From the NCBI GenBank assembly GCA_963695345.1, contig OY968769.1:896001-960000 (forward strand): DNA of 64,000 nt, written 5' to 3'. The translations under genes were made by a program, and so were the position numbers. Of the stretch, positions 11,883-22,610 are shown one piece after another; the first letter of the stretch is position 1; every line of letters starts with the position of its first letter. Below the pieces are notes generated by a model. The model did not search any database. It was not told where the DNA came from and saw only the letters and a list, made by a program, of their open reading frames with translations. Source of the DNA: an uncultured Methanomassiliicoccales archaeon. GTDB taxonomy: Archaea > Thermoplasmatota > Thermoplasmata > Methanomassiliicoccales > UBA472.

Positions 11883-11883
11883 G

Positions 11884-12653
11884 ATGAACATGAAAGTGCT
11901 GACGATAATGGGAAGCCCGAAGGGCAAAGGAAACGGGTACGAGGTAGCACAGGCGATTGAAAGAAGGATGAACACCCATGGCAAGGTCGAGTTCGACTAT
12001 CTGATGCTGAAAGAGGAGAACCTTGGGTTGTGCCGCGGATGCTTCCTATGCGTTTCCAAGGGTGAGGACAAGTGTCCTATGAAGGAGGACAGGATATCGA
12101 TCGAAAGACGCATGGAAAAGGCAGACGGCATCATCCTGGTCTCTCCCGGTTACGTGCAGGACGTTTCGTGGTTAATGAAGAACTTCATGGACCGGTTCGC
12201 CTATACCCACCATCGACCGAAGTTCTTCGAGAAGAAGGTCATGCTGGTGGCCAACGGGGGGCGGGCCTCAAACGGACCATCAAGACCTTGCGGATGGCGA
12301 TCGGAGGACCGGAAATCGTATCTGAGCTGCAGGCAATGAAGCTTCCCTGGCCGATGAACGATCGGGCGATAAACAAGAACCGGGAAAGAACGGAGAGGGC
12401 TGCTGATCGGTTCTATGCTGAACTGCAACGGAAAGTTCCCCGGGTCTCTTTCGGTTCCTATATGGGCTTTCGGTTCTTCAAATCGGTCGTGGAATCCACG
12501 CGCGAACATCTGCCAGCAGATTACGAGTACTATAAGGACAAGAATGATTACTATTATCCAGTTAAGATAGGGATGGGCAAGAGGATCGGCTCTGTGCTGC
12601 TCATTGGCATTCTGAAACGGACCATGAAGGATATGGCCCCAAGAGAGGAATGA
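11884..12653 (+). CDS. flavodoxin / NAD(P)H-dependent FMN reductase family protein (apparent frameshift in G-run at 12256-12261)
   Basis: MKVLTIMGSPKGKGN, CRGCFLC...CP and SPGY..VSWLMKNFMDRF in the first frame. Continues in the other frame (AGLKRTIK...YYY). One extra G restores a single ORF. Confidence 0.82.
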
Positions 12654-12659
12654 TCGGCC

Positions 12660-13007
12660 ATGAGCTGGGAAGAGGCGGACCTGGAATCGATCATGGCCAG
12701 GGCCAGGGAGTCAGAGGGCGGCGAGATCTATCTGAACATCCTGACCGGCGAACGATGCCGCTTAGGGGTCTGCGTGATCGATTCGGACGACGGAACAAAG
12801 CTCGTCCTTGAACTGTTGATCTGTGTGCTTAGCGAAGAAAAGGTCGACCTGGACCGGTGCTATCATAGTCTGGATATCGCTCGGGTGGCGCAGGAAATCG
12901 GATATGAGCTAACTAGCCAAGGAGATGGCTGGATCTATTGCCATAAGAGTGTTCGTCCAACGGAGATTGAGAGGGACACTGTTCCAGTGGCCAGAATGAT
13001 CGTATGA
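12660..13007 (+). CDS. hypothetical protein
   Basis: 115-aa ORF 6 nt after the previous stop on the same strand; no recognised family. Confidence 0.6.
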   Translation: MSWEEADLESIMARARESEGGEIYLNILTGERCRLGVCVIDSDDGTKLVLELLICVLSEEKVDLDRCYHSLDIARVAQEIGYELTSQGDGWIYCHKSVRPTEIERDTVPVARMIV

Positions 13008-13149
13008 TATGTCCAGGATCTCATTCGTTAAAAAATGAATCCGAAAACGTGTCCCACCGAACGCAAGATCCATCCCATTCCAGGAACTCATCAGCTCTTG
13101 GTCGGGAGGATTCTATCGATATGCGGATTCCAGGTCAGGACGGTTATTG

Positions 13150-14562
13150 CTAGATAGGAGCTCCGAAATGACCGGCCAGTTCCACATGGTTGCCGGGTTC
13201 CATGTGGATCGAGATCACATCCACCTCGGGATGCTTGGCCCTTATGACCCCTTCAAGTTTTTCGGCCACGTCGTGTGCCTGCTTCACCGTATGGCCACTT
13301 CCGAAGGAACAGCACATGCCCACTCTGATCTTACCTTCCTTCCTCTGCACCGATATCCGAGTCACATCCTCGATCTCGGGGAAGGTGCTTACCAACTGCT
13401 TGATCGAAAACGCCATTCCGTCCTCTCCCATCCGAACGCTCTTCAGGCCGCATGAATGACAGTCCGCCGGTTCGATGTGGGTGGTGACCAGGGTGATGCG
13501 CTGATCGAGGGTCTTGATGCGGTTCTCCAGGCGAGTGGCAATGGCATGGGCCTTGTCCAAGGAAAGATCCCCATCCAGTTCCAGGTGGAAATCGACCTCC
13601 AACTCCTCTCCGAAGTCGTTATCGAACTCGGACACGTTGATGTTATGGACCGTCCGTATCTCCTCAAAATCCGCCGCCTCGGCCCGGATCTTATCGACCA
13701 GATCGGTGGGCTCAACGCAGAATGGTTCGGCGTTCACCATTATGACGGCCTTGTCCACCTTCTTCCTTATCCTGTTGGTGAACTCGTCCGTGACACGATG
13801 GGCCTGTTCCAACGGGATCACCTTATCGATCAGGACGGTGCAGTCGATGTAGGTGGTCGGACCGGTCTCCCTGACGCGTACCTGGTTCACCCCTCTGATC
13901 CCCTTGATGCCCATCGCCTCGTTCGCGACAAGCTCGGATATTCCTTCTGGCGCGCCGTCCATGAGCGTATGGATCGAACGTTTCCAGAGGCGGTAACCGA
14001 TCACCGCGGTGATGGCCGCGACCCCCAGGGCCGCGATAACATCGAAAGTCCTGTAACCCATCATTGTGAACACTATTCCAATGATCACCACAACGGATGA
14101 CAGAAGGTCGGTGGAGAAATGAATAGCGTCGGCCTCGAGTGCCTGGGACTTGTAGAGTTTGGCCATCTTGTGAAGGGCCCTCGAACGGGTGAAGTCGACC
14201 ACTATGGAGAACAGCATCACCCCGATCGCCAGGTATGTCACGTCCACATCGACCGGCGAGATCAGGCGGCGGACCGCTTCATATACGATCCATCCACAGG
14301 TCACGAACAGCAGTGCCGTCTCAAACAGGCTGGACAAGGACTCCACTTTCTCGTGACCGTAATTATGGTCCGCATCCGCTGGCCTCTCGGCCATGCGCAC
14401 CGCCGCCAATGTAACGAAGGCGGCTATGAGGTCTATGCTGGAGTGCAACGCTTCGGATAGTATCCCGAGGCTGTTGGTCCAGATCGCAACTGTGATCTTG
14501 GTGACCACCAGTCCAATAGCGGCGATGACGGAAGCGAAAGCAACCTTCTCTTTCGGTGTCAA
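13150..14562 (-). CDS. cation diffusion facilitator with three tandem C-terminal dimerisation domains
   Basis: SEALHSSID, HNYGHEKVE and EADAIHFSTD CDF motifs; three repeats of (L/V)xxAHx(V/I)..., each ending in EP. Confidence 0.9.
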   Translation of the reverse strand: MTPKEKVAFASVIAAIGLVVTKITVAIWTNSLGILSEALHSSIDLIAAFVTLAAVRMAERPADADHNYGHEKVESLSSLFETALLFVTCGWIVYEAVRRLISPVDVDVTYLAIGVMLFSIVVDFTRSRALHKMAKLYKSQALEADAIHFSTDLLSSVVVIIGIVFTMMGYRTFDVIAALGVAAITAVIGYRLWKRSIHTLMDGAPEGISELVANEAMGIKGIRGVNQVRVRETGPTTYIDCTVLIDKVIPLEQAHRVTDEFTNRIRKKVDKAVIMVNAEPFCVEPTDLVDKIRAEAADFEEIRTVHNINVSEFDNDFGEELEVDFHLELDGDLSLDKAHAIATRLENRIKTLDQRITLVTTHIEPADCHSCGLKSVRMGEDGMAFSIKQLVSTFPEIEDVTRISVQRKEGKIRVGMCCSFGSGHTVKQAHDVAEKLEGVIRAKHPEVDVISIHMEPGNHVELAGHFGAPI

Positions 14563-15084
14563 ACCCTCACCCGCTATACATAAGAACCTGAATCTTTGGT
14601 GGGAACATAAACCTTTTCTATTGAGAAGAAAAAAAATATTTAGGCTGGCCTAACGAAAATCGATCAATAATGAGGTTCATTTCATTGCCGGTCTAATTGA
14701 GAAGAGACTGAACGGACCGATGACCGATAAAATTGAGGACCCTATTCGACCTTCGATACACTGGTCATTTTCGGGGAGAAATCGATCATTCCGTTGCACG
14801 CATAACCGTCATCGATCGCTCGTTCCGGATTCATCGACCCTTCAGAAGCGAATCCAAAACTCCCAGAGACCGTGCCTAACGCGAACCGGATAAATGTCGG
14901 TCCTGGCCGCCCTCATATATAATGTGAGCGTTCTGTACGAAGGTCACAGCTTTATTGCCCCCACGATTGTTGGTCAGAATGCTGGCATTACGAGGGTATG
15001 GGGGATTCTCAACAAAAGATTGAATATTCTCACCCTCCTGTTATCAATTGAATAGCGACCTAGGGAGACCGAGAAGGAGATCCA

Positions 15085-17433
15085 ATGAAACCGCTCTACA
15101 AGGCCATCATCGTCATGGTTGCAGCGATAGTGTTGGTGGCGGCACTCGGTAGCGCATTCAACCAGATCGCCACCTCCCCCATTCTGACCAGGGATCTCAA
15201 TTCTCAGGATGAAAACCAGGACATCCCCATACCGGCCATTCCGGACATCAACCTCACCGACCCCCGCCGTAGCAACGACCTTCCTGACATGAACAGCACG
15301 GTCCTCCCGCCTGAGCTCAACTATACCATCCCTGACATGCCTGGGAACATTTCGGGGGATGGCACTACCATCGGAGGCACTGTCTTCAACGACGCGGACG
15401 GGGACGGACTGGTGGACCCGGGAGAGGCGCTGCCGAACGTAGGGGTGCAGCTCTTCGACCAGAATGGCACCCTGATCGGGACGACACAGACCAACGCCAC
15501 CGGTGAGTACAGTTTTACCGGTGTGGACCCGGGCAGATACAATATCAGCGCTTTCCCTGGAATGAACGGGAACATCACCGGGAGTGAGAACCGGACAATA
15601 ACCGTGGATGGCACGCCCCAGGACGGGATTGACATTGGGACCGCCCCCGGGCCGGCCGGGAACCCGGCCATCAACACCATAACCGATATCACCTCGCCGA
15701 GAGACCAGTTCCTGATAAGAAAGGGAGTCATGTTCCCGGTTTCCGGAACTGTGACCACCGGTTCCCTGCAGCCCATCTCCGGAGTCCGGGTGGCGGTGTT
15801 CGTAGCCACCAGCAAGACCACCATGGATAGGCATTTCATCGGCATCGGTCAGGTTGATCGCGGATTCTTCACCGTCAATTGCCTGATCCCCGACGATCTT
15901 CAGTTGGGTAACTACCAACTGATAGCCCGCTTCCTGGGGGACGGTACATACAGACCGTCGGAGAGCGACCCTGCGGTCAAGATAATGGACGACACCAAAC
16001 TGACCATCGAGGCGCCGGACCGGGTCGTCATGGGGGTCAGCTACGATTATCGTTTCACACTGGTGGAGAATGCATCTTCTAAGGCGGTCCAGTACGCCCC
16101 GCTGTATATCGGTGAGCTCTCTCAGTACCTCCAAACGGACTCTCAGGGAGTGGCCCATTTCAACATACGGTGGACCACACCGGGGTTTTACAGCTTCAAG
16201 GTGACCTATGGCGGGAACGCCACTCTCTATGGTACCTCAGCCAACAAATCCACGACGGTGCTTGAGGTCTCAGTGGATGTGGCACCGTCCTACCTGGTCA
16301 GGGGATATGACAACCGGCTTTTCGTCCTGGTCCACGCCTCCGAGCTGCCAGTCACGCTACGGACGGTGCAGGTCTATCTGGAGACATATGAGGTTGGAAC
16401 CTTTCTGACGGACGGTGAAGGACGGGTCAACGTCACCGTTCCGGTGGCATATGATCGAGCTCTCGGCCCGGCCAGGATGGCGTTCGACATCGCCAACATA
16501 AAACGATGCGAGGTCAGCCTCGACATCAGGTCCACCACGACGATGGTGGTGAAGCTGGAAGGGAACCAGGTCAACGCCACCCTCCTCGATGATCACGACC
16601 AGGTGATGCTATCGATGCCGATACTGCTGCAGAGAACGGACCGGACCAACGTCGATGTGGGCGTTAGCATGGTTGGCTCGGAGTTCTCGCTGGAGAACCG
16701 CAAGGAGACCGACTATGTCGTCAACTTCACTGGCAGCTCGATCTATCAGCCTTCGTCCGCTACCGTGCATTACTCGCCTCCGGGATTCGGATCGGCCATG
16801 GACTGGTTGATAATTGGGGCCATAGGAACGGTCGCGGTCATAGCCCTGGCGGCTTTGGCGATGTCGCGAGGCAAAAGAACGGTACCGACAGACCTGGGTT
16901 TACTGCCCTCGACCCCGGCGCCCGTCACCGGGCAGACGACCTCCCCCTACGGTCTGAGCTTCCCCGATATCGCCGACGATCTACCGCTGGTGTGGGAGGA
17001 GAACAGGTCAATGCTCTTCCGGGTCTCAGGGCAGGGATCGATGCACCTGGACATCGATGGGAACGGTTCCGATGTGGATCTGCCGACTGGATCGGGGGAT
17101 TTCACCGTGACACTGCCCAAGGGAGACCACATCCTTTCTGTCTCCGGCCACCTGGGAAAGACTACCGTGCCCTTCCGGGTGGTCAATTACCGTGAGGAAA
17201 CGGTAAGTATCTACCGGACCTCTTATGCCCGTTGGAGGAGCAGGGACGAGGGCATCTCCGATTCGATGACCTGCAGAGAGATCCAGACGGTCCTGGAAGG
17301 CCGGATGGACCGCTCCCAGCATGGGCAACTTGACGTGGCGATATCCCTTTTCGAGATCGCCGAGTTCAGCGAAAGGCCGGTCGGCCGGCCGGAATATGAG
17401 AGCATGTACCGGGCTTCCAGACAGGTGAGTTGA
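15085..17433 (+). CDS. large membrane-anchored surface protein: SdrD-B/Ig-like domains, TM helix, C-terminal DUF4129-like domain
   Basis: N-terminal hydrophobic signal; GTVFNDADGDGLVDPGE...GEYSFTGVDPGRY; many NxS/T sequons; TM WLIIGAIGTVAVIALAALAM; tail TCRE...LFEIAEFS. Confidence 0.75.
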   Translation: MKPLYKAIIVMVAAIVLVAALGSAFNQIATSPILTRDLNSQDENQDIPIPAIPDINLTDPRRSNDLPDMNSTVLPPELNYTIPDMPGNISGDGTTIGGTVFNDADGDGLVDPGEALPNVGVQLFDQNGTLIGTTQTNATGEYSFTGVDPGRYNISAFPGMNGNITGSENRTITVDGTPQDGIDIGTAPGPAGNPAINTITDITSPRDQFLIRKGVMFPVSGTVTTGSLQPISGVRVAVFVATSKTTMDRHFIGIGQVDRGFFTVNCLIPDDLQLGNYQLIARFLGDGTYRPSESDPAVKIMDDTKLTIEAPDRVVMGVSYDYRFTLVENASSKAVQYAPLYIGELSQYLQTDSQGVAHFNIRWTTPGFYSFKVTYGGNATLYGTSANKSTTVLEVSVDVAPSYLVRGYDNRLFVLVHASELPVTLRTVQVYLETYEVGTFLTDGEGRVNVTVPVAYDRALGPARMAFDIANIKRCEVSLDIRSTTTMVVKLEGNQVNATLLDDHDQVMLSMPILLQRTDRTNVDVGVSMVGSEFSLENRKETDYVVNFTGSSIYQPSSATVHYSPPGFGSAMDWLIIGAIGTVAVIALAALAMSRGKRTVPTDLGLLPSTPAPVTGQTTSPYGLSFPDIADDLPLVWEENRSMLFRVSGQGSMHLDIDGNGSDVDLPTGSGDFTVTLPKGDHILSVSGHLGKTTVPFRVVNYREETVSIYRTSYARWRSRDEGISDSMTCREIQTVLEGRMDRSQHGQLDVAISLFEIAEFSERPVGRPEYESMYRASRQVS

Positions 17434-17437
17434 GCCA

Positions 17438-18607
17438 ATGGAATTCTGGAGCAGGGTGCCCGGAAACGGGGATGACAGGACAACGGTTCGAAGGAAGGTC
17501 ATTTCGACAACGGTCATCACCGTGGCGATGGTGATCATGGCCACCGGAGCGTTCTTGGCATTGAGCCCTCCGGGCAGCAGGACCGACCTGTGGTTCCTTT
17601 TTCCGGCGGTATGCGCCATGTCGGCGTGCTACCTTGTCCTGGGGCTGGTCGGAGCCCTGGTAAGGGGAACGATGGCCAGCCTGTTGCGTACCGGCATCCA
17701 ATTCCTGAGCTTGGCATTGTTGATTGGATTGCTGTCGATCTTCCTCCCCAACGGACCGAAGGGCATGCTGGGATTCGGATTGCTCTTGATACTCACAGGT
17801 TTTGCGACGATGGCTGCGTACATCGCCAAGGGATTCTCCGATCACTATTGGCTGGCCGGCAGAGCGGCGGCGCTCATGCTGCTGGGCATTACGCTCGAAT
17901 CAGGGTTGGGGATGACGGGGGCAGCGGACCTGCTGTCCGGGATTCCCCTGATGGTGATGCTCGCGGTAGGTTTGCTTTCCCTATTCGGCATCGTGCACCA
18001 GCACAGTAACATATATGTGCGTTCGGTCGGACAGTTTTTCCGCAGCGCGTCGAACATGATCGCCCTGACGGTGGTCTTGACGCTGGTCCTCGTATACGCG
18101 TTCAGGCTCAGGGGCGCCATCGCCGACCAGGCCCCGGAACAGACCCTACTGGGGGAATGGATCGTTTTGGCCATAGTGGTGATCGTGGTAGTGTTCAAGT
18201 TCTTCTCGTTCTTCCGCTCCAAGGAGAAGAAGCAGGACTTCCTCGACACCCGCCGTTTGGTGCAATCGATCTACCAGAACCGGGGAGACACCATATATGC
18301 CCAGAGAGTGGTGGACCAGTTCATTGTGGAAGGGAGGAGGGAACCGCTCGTGGTCCTGCTGGCGACCGTGCTGCTGCAGGGCCGGGCTGACCCCAACCAG
18401 ATCGAGAGGATCATAGAGGGCGTGGTGAGCTACGCACCCAAGGAGCAGAGGCATACCTTCAGGTGGGCTTTTGGCAATGAAGAGGCCATGACCAGGGAGG
18501 AGAGGACCAGGATCGCCTTCGAGGCACTGGACCGGGCGGCACAAGCGCTGGGGGCTGGCTATCTCATGTCCAGTGCCCCCAACCAGACGGGGATCGCGGA
18601 GGGATAG
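17438..18607 (+). CDS. polytopic membrane protein
   Basis: About 8 hydrophobic helices plus a soluble C-terminal domain; tightly linked within the MoxR operon. Confidence 0.75.
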   Translation: MEFWSRVPGNGDDRTTVRRKVISTTVITVAMVIMATGAFLALSPPGSRTDLWFLFPAVCAMSACYLVLGLVGALVRGTMASLLRTGIQFLSLALLIGLLSIFLPNGPKGMLGFGLLLILTGFATMAAYIAKGFSDHYWLAGRAAALMLLGITLESGLGMTGAADLLSGIPLMVMLAVGLLSLFGIVHQHSNIYVRSVGQFFRSASNMIALTVVLTLVLVYAFRLRGAIADQAPEQTLLGEWIVLAIVVIVVVFKFFSFFRSKEKKQDFLDTRRLVQSIYQNRGDTIYAQRVVDQFIVEGRREPLVVLLATVLLQGRADPNQIERIIEGVVSYAPKEQRHTFRWAFGNEEAMTREERTRIAFEALDRAAQALGAGYLMSSAPNQTGIAEG

Positions 18608-18608
18608 A

Positions 18609-19583
18609 ATGGATATTACGGAATTCAGACAGTGTTCCAGGAACATAATCGATTCGACCGGCGGGGTCTTCGTGGGCGATGAGCTTGTGCTCAGGAAGCT
18701 CCTATGCGCGGCATTGGCCAACGGACACGTCCTGTTCGAGGACAAGCCCGGCCTGGGAAAGACCCTGCTGGCCAAGGTCTTCGCCAAGGTCACCGGGTGT
18801 AATTGGGGACGGGTCCAGTTCACCCCGGACCTGATGCCCATGGATATCCTGGGCACTAGGATATGGAGGGCGAGGACCTCGGAGTTCGTACTTGAGAAGG
18901 GACCGGTGTTCACCAATATCCTGCTGGCGGATGAGATCAATCGTTCCCCGCCGAAGACCCAGTCAGCCCTTCTGGAGGCCATGGAGGAAAGGCAGGTGAC
19001 CATCGAGGGAACCACCCACCGGCTCACCAAACCATTCTTCGTCATCGCCACCCAGAACCCCATCGAACAGGAGGGGACCTTCCCGCTGCCGGAGGCGCAG
19101 ATGGACCGGTTCCTGCTCAAGATGGCCACCGGCTATGTGAGGACGACCCAGCTGGAGAGCGAGATCCTAAGGCGCAGGATCCGCTGGCAGGCAGATGACC
19201 CGGTGGACCGCCTGGTATCCGCCATGGACCAGGCCACTTTCGTGGACATGCAGGATCTGGTCGAGAAAGGCGTCTACGCCGATGACCAGATCCTGGACTA
19301 CGTGAGCACCATGGTCCGGGCCACCAGGGAACATGAGGCGGTGGAGGTGGGGGCATCCCCCCGGGGCTCGCTTTCTCTGTTGAAGGTCTCCCGGGCCCAT
19401 GCGGCGATGATGGGACGGGACTTCGTCACCCCTGACGATGTCAAGCTCTTTGTCCGCGATGCGTTGTGCCACCGTATCATCATGAAGATGGAATACGAGA
19501 TCGATAACCGGGTCACGCCTCAGTCGGTGGTCGATGCGATAGTGGCGCAGACCCCGGTCCCGAAGGACTTTGGCCGGAAGTGA
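18609..19583 (+). CDS. MoxR-family AAA+ ATPase
   Basis: GHVLFEDKPGLGKT, RVQFTPDLMPMDI, LLADEINRSPPKTQSALLEAMEE, ATQNPIEQEGTFPLPEAQMDRF and GASPR. Confidence 0.95.
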   Translation: MDITEFRQCSRNIIDSTGGVFVGDELVLRKLLCAALANGHVLFEDKPGLGKTLLAKVFAKVTGCNWGRVQFTPDLMPMDILGTRIWRARTSEFVLEKGPVFTNILLADEINRSPPKTQSALLEAMEERQVTIEGTTHRLTKPFFVIATQNPIEQEGTFPLPEAQMDRFLLKMATGYVRTTQLESEILRRRIRWQADDPVDRLVSAMDQATFVDMQDLVEKGVYADDQILDYVSTMVRATREHEAVEVGASPRGSLSLLKVSRAHAAMMGRDFVTPDDVKLFVRDALCHRIIMKMEYEIDNRVTPQSVVDAIVAQTPVPKDFGRK

Positions 19584-20877
19584 ATCGATGCTTCCCCGGA
19601 TCTCGGCCGAGTTCAAGACCTTCGCCTTGCTTCTGGTGGTAGGGATACTTCTAGGCAACGTGCTGATCGTGCTGCTATCGCTCGTGCCGATGTTGTTCGT
19701 GGTCCTGTCCATGCTCTATCAGGCCCCGACCCGGATGAGCGTTTACCGCCCTGCTCCCCAACTGAACGCATACGTCAATGAGAACGTGACGGTCACCTCT
19801 GAGCTTTCCGTCATGGACGGCGTCGGGATAGTGACGGTGGGAGACTCGCTGCCTGCCCATTTCCGCCTCGCCGAGGGCAACAATTTCCGGGTGTATTGGA
19901 AATCCGGGGCGCCTCTGCAGGTCCGGATGCAGTATGGACTGGAATGCACGAAGCGGGGGGTGTACACCATCGGCAACTCGATGATCGAATCGATCGACCT
20001 CGCCGGACTGGAGGAGAACGAGGTCGTCCCCGGCCTTGACCCAGTGGAACTGCTGGTGCAGCAGCGCCCGATGGACATGCGCAAGATGAGGGACCCGAGG
20101 CTCCTTACCCGGATACTAATGCCCCCGGGGGCGGTCAGCAAGCTCGGGTCCACGACCACCGATTTCAAGGAGATCAGGGAATACCGCAATGGCGATCCGT
20201 TCCGCCACATCAATTGGAAGGCGAGCGTGAGGAATTCCGACCTGGATATCAGCAATCCCCTGGTAAACGAATATGAAAAGGAGGGACAGCAGGTGGTGTG
20301 GATCTTCCTCGATGCCTCGGAACGGATGGCCGTCGGTTCCAGCGTGGAGAATGCGTTCGAGCACGGAATCAGGGCGGCCAACGGCCTGTCCCAATTCTAT
20401 CTGGCCAGGAACTGCCGGGTGGGGCTGAAGGCGTTCAATTCCGGCCGTCTCATCCTGCCGGACGTGGGAAGAAGGCAAAGGGCCATGATATCAAAGATGC
20501 TGGTCAGCGTGGAGATGACCAGGTTGAAGGGAAAGATGAAGGAGGACGTGCGGGCCTGCCGGGGACACCTGGTCGGGTCCAGCCCCCTGTTCATCGTGAT
20601 CACCATGGTCAGGAATGAGAACCTGGATGAGCTGAGGGCGGGCATCCGCGAGATGCGTCTGTACTCCGGACCCCGGTCCAAGGTCCTGGTGCTGCATGTC
20701 GATGGCAACGGATTAATACCGACCAATCTGGGGGAAGAGGCCGCCGCCATGGCGACCGATCTGCTGTCGCTTTCCGCGGTCCGATCACTGGCCGGACCTG
20801 GGACCACCGTTGTTCCCTGGAATCCGCGGAGACAGAGCCTGAACGAGCTCATGCTCAAGAACCTGAGGAGGAGATGA
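19570..20877 (+). CDS. DUF58 (vWA-like) domain protein
   Basis: N-terminal TM pair, KRGVY, DFKEIREYRNGDPFRHINWKAS and IFLDASERM. Confidence 0.9.
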   Translation: MAGSESMLPRISAEFKTFALLLVVGILLGNVLIVLLSLVPMLFVVLSMLYQAPTRMSVYRPAPQLNAYVNENVTVTSELSVMDGVGIVTVGDSLPAHFRLAEGNNFRVYWKSGAPLQVRMQYGLECTKRGVYTIGNSMIESIDLAGLEENEVVPGLDPVELLVQQRPMDMRKMRDPRLLTRILMPPGAVSKLGSTTTDFKEIREYRNGDPFRHINWKASVRNSDLDISNPLVNEYEKEGQQVVWIFLDASERMAVGSSVENAFEHGIRAANGLSQFYLARNCRVGLKAFNSGRLILPDVGRRQRAMISKMLVSVEMTRLKGKMKEDVRACRGHLVGSSPLFIVITMVRNENLDELRAGIREMRLYSGPRSKVLVLHVDGNGLIPTNLGEEAAAMATDLLSLSAVRSLAGPGTTVVPWNPRRQSLNELMLKNLRRR

Positions 20878-20878
20878 G

Positions 20879-21601
20879 ATGATGGATCAGCCCCCAGTGG
20901 ATCGCCCGCATCCCATGCCCCGGGCGGTGACCACCCTGGTGGTCGTGATGGCCTTCGTGATGAGCGTCATTACGCTGATGAACTACCGGTTCTATGCCGA
21001 CATACGGTCTGCCGCGTCCCGGTTCTTCCAGGTGCTGGGCGCGGGTTTCGATACCGACATCATCCTGATCGGCCTGATGTTCGTCGCTGTTCTCGTCGGG
21101 GTCGTGAGCGAGAAGAGGCTCCGATCGACCCTGAGGTCCGGATGGATGCTGCTCATTCCGGCGATACTATTCTATTCCAAGATCGATTGGATGTACCTGA
21201 TGGGCTTGCCTGTCGACTTCAGCCTTTTCCACAATGACCTTCCTCAGGTCTACATACTCCTGAACGGTGTGGCGTTGTTCTGCGCCAGCCTGTTGTTCCG
21301 TTCCCACCTGCATCTGTCATGGATCAGGAAGACCCTGGCCGGTCGGGGGGCTTCAAAAGAGGACCTGGATAAAGCCGTGCAGGGCAATTTCATCTTCCTG
21401 GTAGTTCTGGTTGCCCTGTCGGCCGGGGCCGCGGCCCTTATCGGTGCGGCGGTCGGATTGATCATTCCCGCTCTAAGTGTGGCCAGCGGTGCCTTGGGCT
21501 ACGCGTATCTGGTGATCGGCCTGGTCGCCAACGCGGCCATCGTGGCAGTTTTCGGCCTCTACATATGGAAGAGCAAGAGGACGTCCCCGAACCGGGAATG
21601 A
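20879..21601 (+). CDS. membrane protein (about 6 TM)
   Basis: Hydrophobic profile; last gene of the MoxR operon. Confidence 0.75.
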   Translation: MMDQPPVDRPHPMPRAVTTLVVVMAFVMSVITLMNYRFYADIRSAASRFFQVLGAGFDTDIILIGLMFVAVLVGVVSEKRLRSTLRSGWMLLIPAILFYSKIDWMYLMGLPVDFSLFHNDLPQVYILLNGVALFCASLLFRSHLHLSWIRKTLAGRGASKEDLDKAVQGNFIFLVVLVALSAGAAALIGAAVGLIIPALSVASGALGYAYLVIGLVANAAIVAVFGLYIWKSKRTSPNRE

Positions 21602-21806
21602 GCGGCACACCAGGCAGGTCCGGTCGCCTCTATGGAGGACCGATTTCTATTCCCGTCTTTATTGACAGCCCATGGCGACTAGTAAGATAGGTATCGTAAG
21701 AGAAGCCGCCCCCTTGATTTGCCCACTGTCATGGAACGAATAATCGTAGACTGCTATCATTATCTGTTCAAAGGTTTTTATACATCGGGTTAAACTATTT
21801 TCAAAC

Positions 21807-22610
21807 ATGACCGCCTCCAAAAAGGAGCTGAGAGTGTTCACCGCCTCGCAGGAAGCCTTGTGGATAAATTCGACCCTCATATGCGGGGAGCGCGACGCAA
21901 TACTCATTGACGCCCAATTCACCCTCAGCGACGCCAGAAAGCTTGTCACTATGATCAAGGAAAGCGGCAAGAATCTGAGCATGGTCTACATCACCCACCA
22001 TCATCCTGACCATTATTTCGGCCTTCAGGAGATCGTTAATGCCTTTCCCGATGCCCAGATCCTTGCCCAACCCACCACCGTGGAGAGCATCAAGAAGACC
22101 TGGAAGGGCAAGGTCGAGCAATGGGCCCCGGTATACGGGAACAACATCACCACCGCCCCGGTCATACCCAAACCGATGAGCGGAATGGTGCTGGAACTCG
22201 AGGGGGACATGTTCCCCATCTACATGAACGCCCAGGGAGATGACCATGGTAACTCCTACGTGTGGATACCTTCGCTCAACGCCGTCATCTGTGGAGACAT
22301 CGTGTACAATGGTGTCTATCCCTGGACGGCCGATACCACACCGGCGGACAGAAAGGAATGGATAAGGACGCTGGAAAAGATCGAATCGCTCAACCCATCA
22401 ATGGCAGTGGCGGGGCACAAGGACCCTGCCAAGACCGATGACCCTTCCTGCATCCGATTCATGAAGGAATATCTGAGATACTTCGATGCGGCGATCATCA
22501 CGTCGAAGACCGCGGATGAGCTGAAGGCTACTGTGAAGAAGAAATTCACCGGGCTCGGCCTGGAGGTCATACTGAACATCTCTTCAGGAGTGGCTTTCCC
22601 ATCGAAGTGA
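21807..22610 (+). CDS. MBL-fold metallo-hydrolase
   Basis: ILIDAQF, THHHPDHYFG (HxHxDH), GDIVY and VAGH; TATA-like TTTTATA upstream. Confidence 0.88.
   Translation: MTASKKELRVFTASQEALWINSTLICGERDAILIDAQFTLSDARKLVTMIKESGKNLSMVYITHHHPDHYFGLQEIVNAFPDAQILAQPTTVESIKKTWKGKVEQWAPVYGNNITTAPVIPKPMSGMVLELEGDMFPIYMNAQGDDHGNSYVWIPSLNAVICGDIVYNGVYPWTADTTPADRKEWIRTLEKIESLNPSMAVAGHKDPAKTDDPSCIRFMKEYLRYFDAAIITSKTADELKATVKKKFTGLGLEVILNISSGVAFPSK

Noticed and set aside
12250-12270. Programmed -1 frameshift or phase variation at the G6 run in the flavodoxin gene
   Set aside because: A homopolymer-length error is simpler given the other indels on this contig; it cannot be distinguished without reads.
14974-16158. 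394-aa minus-strand ORF
   Set aside because: Shadow of the surface-protein gene at 15085-17433; no family features.
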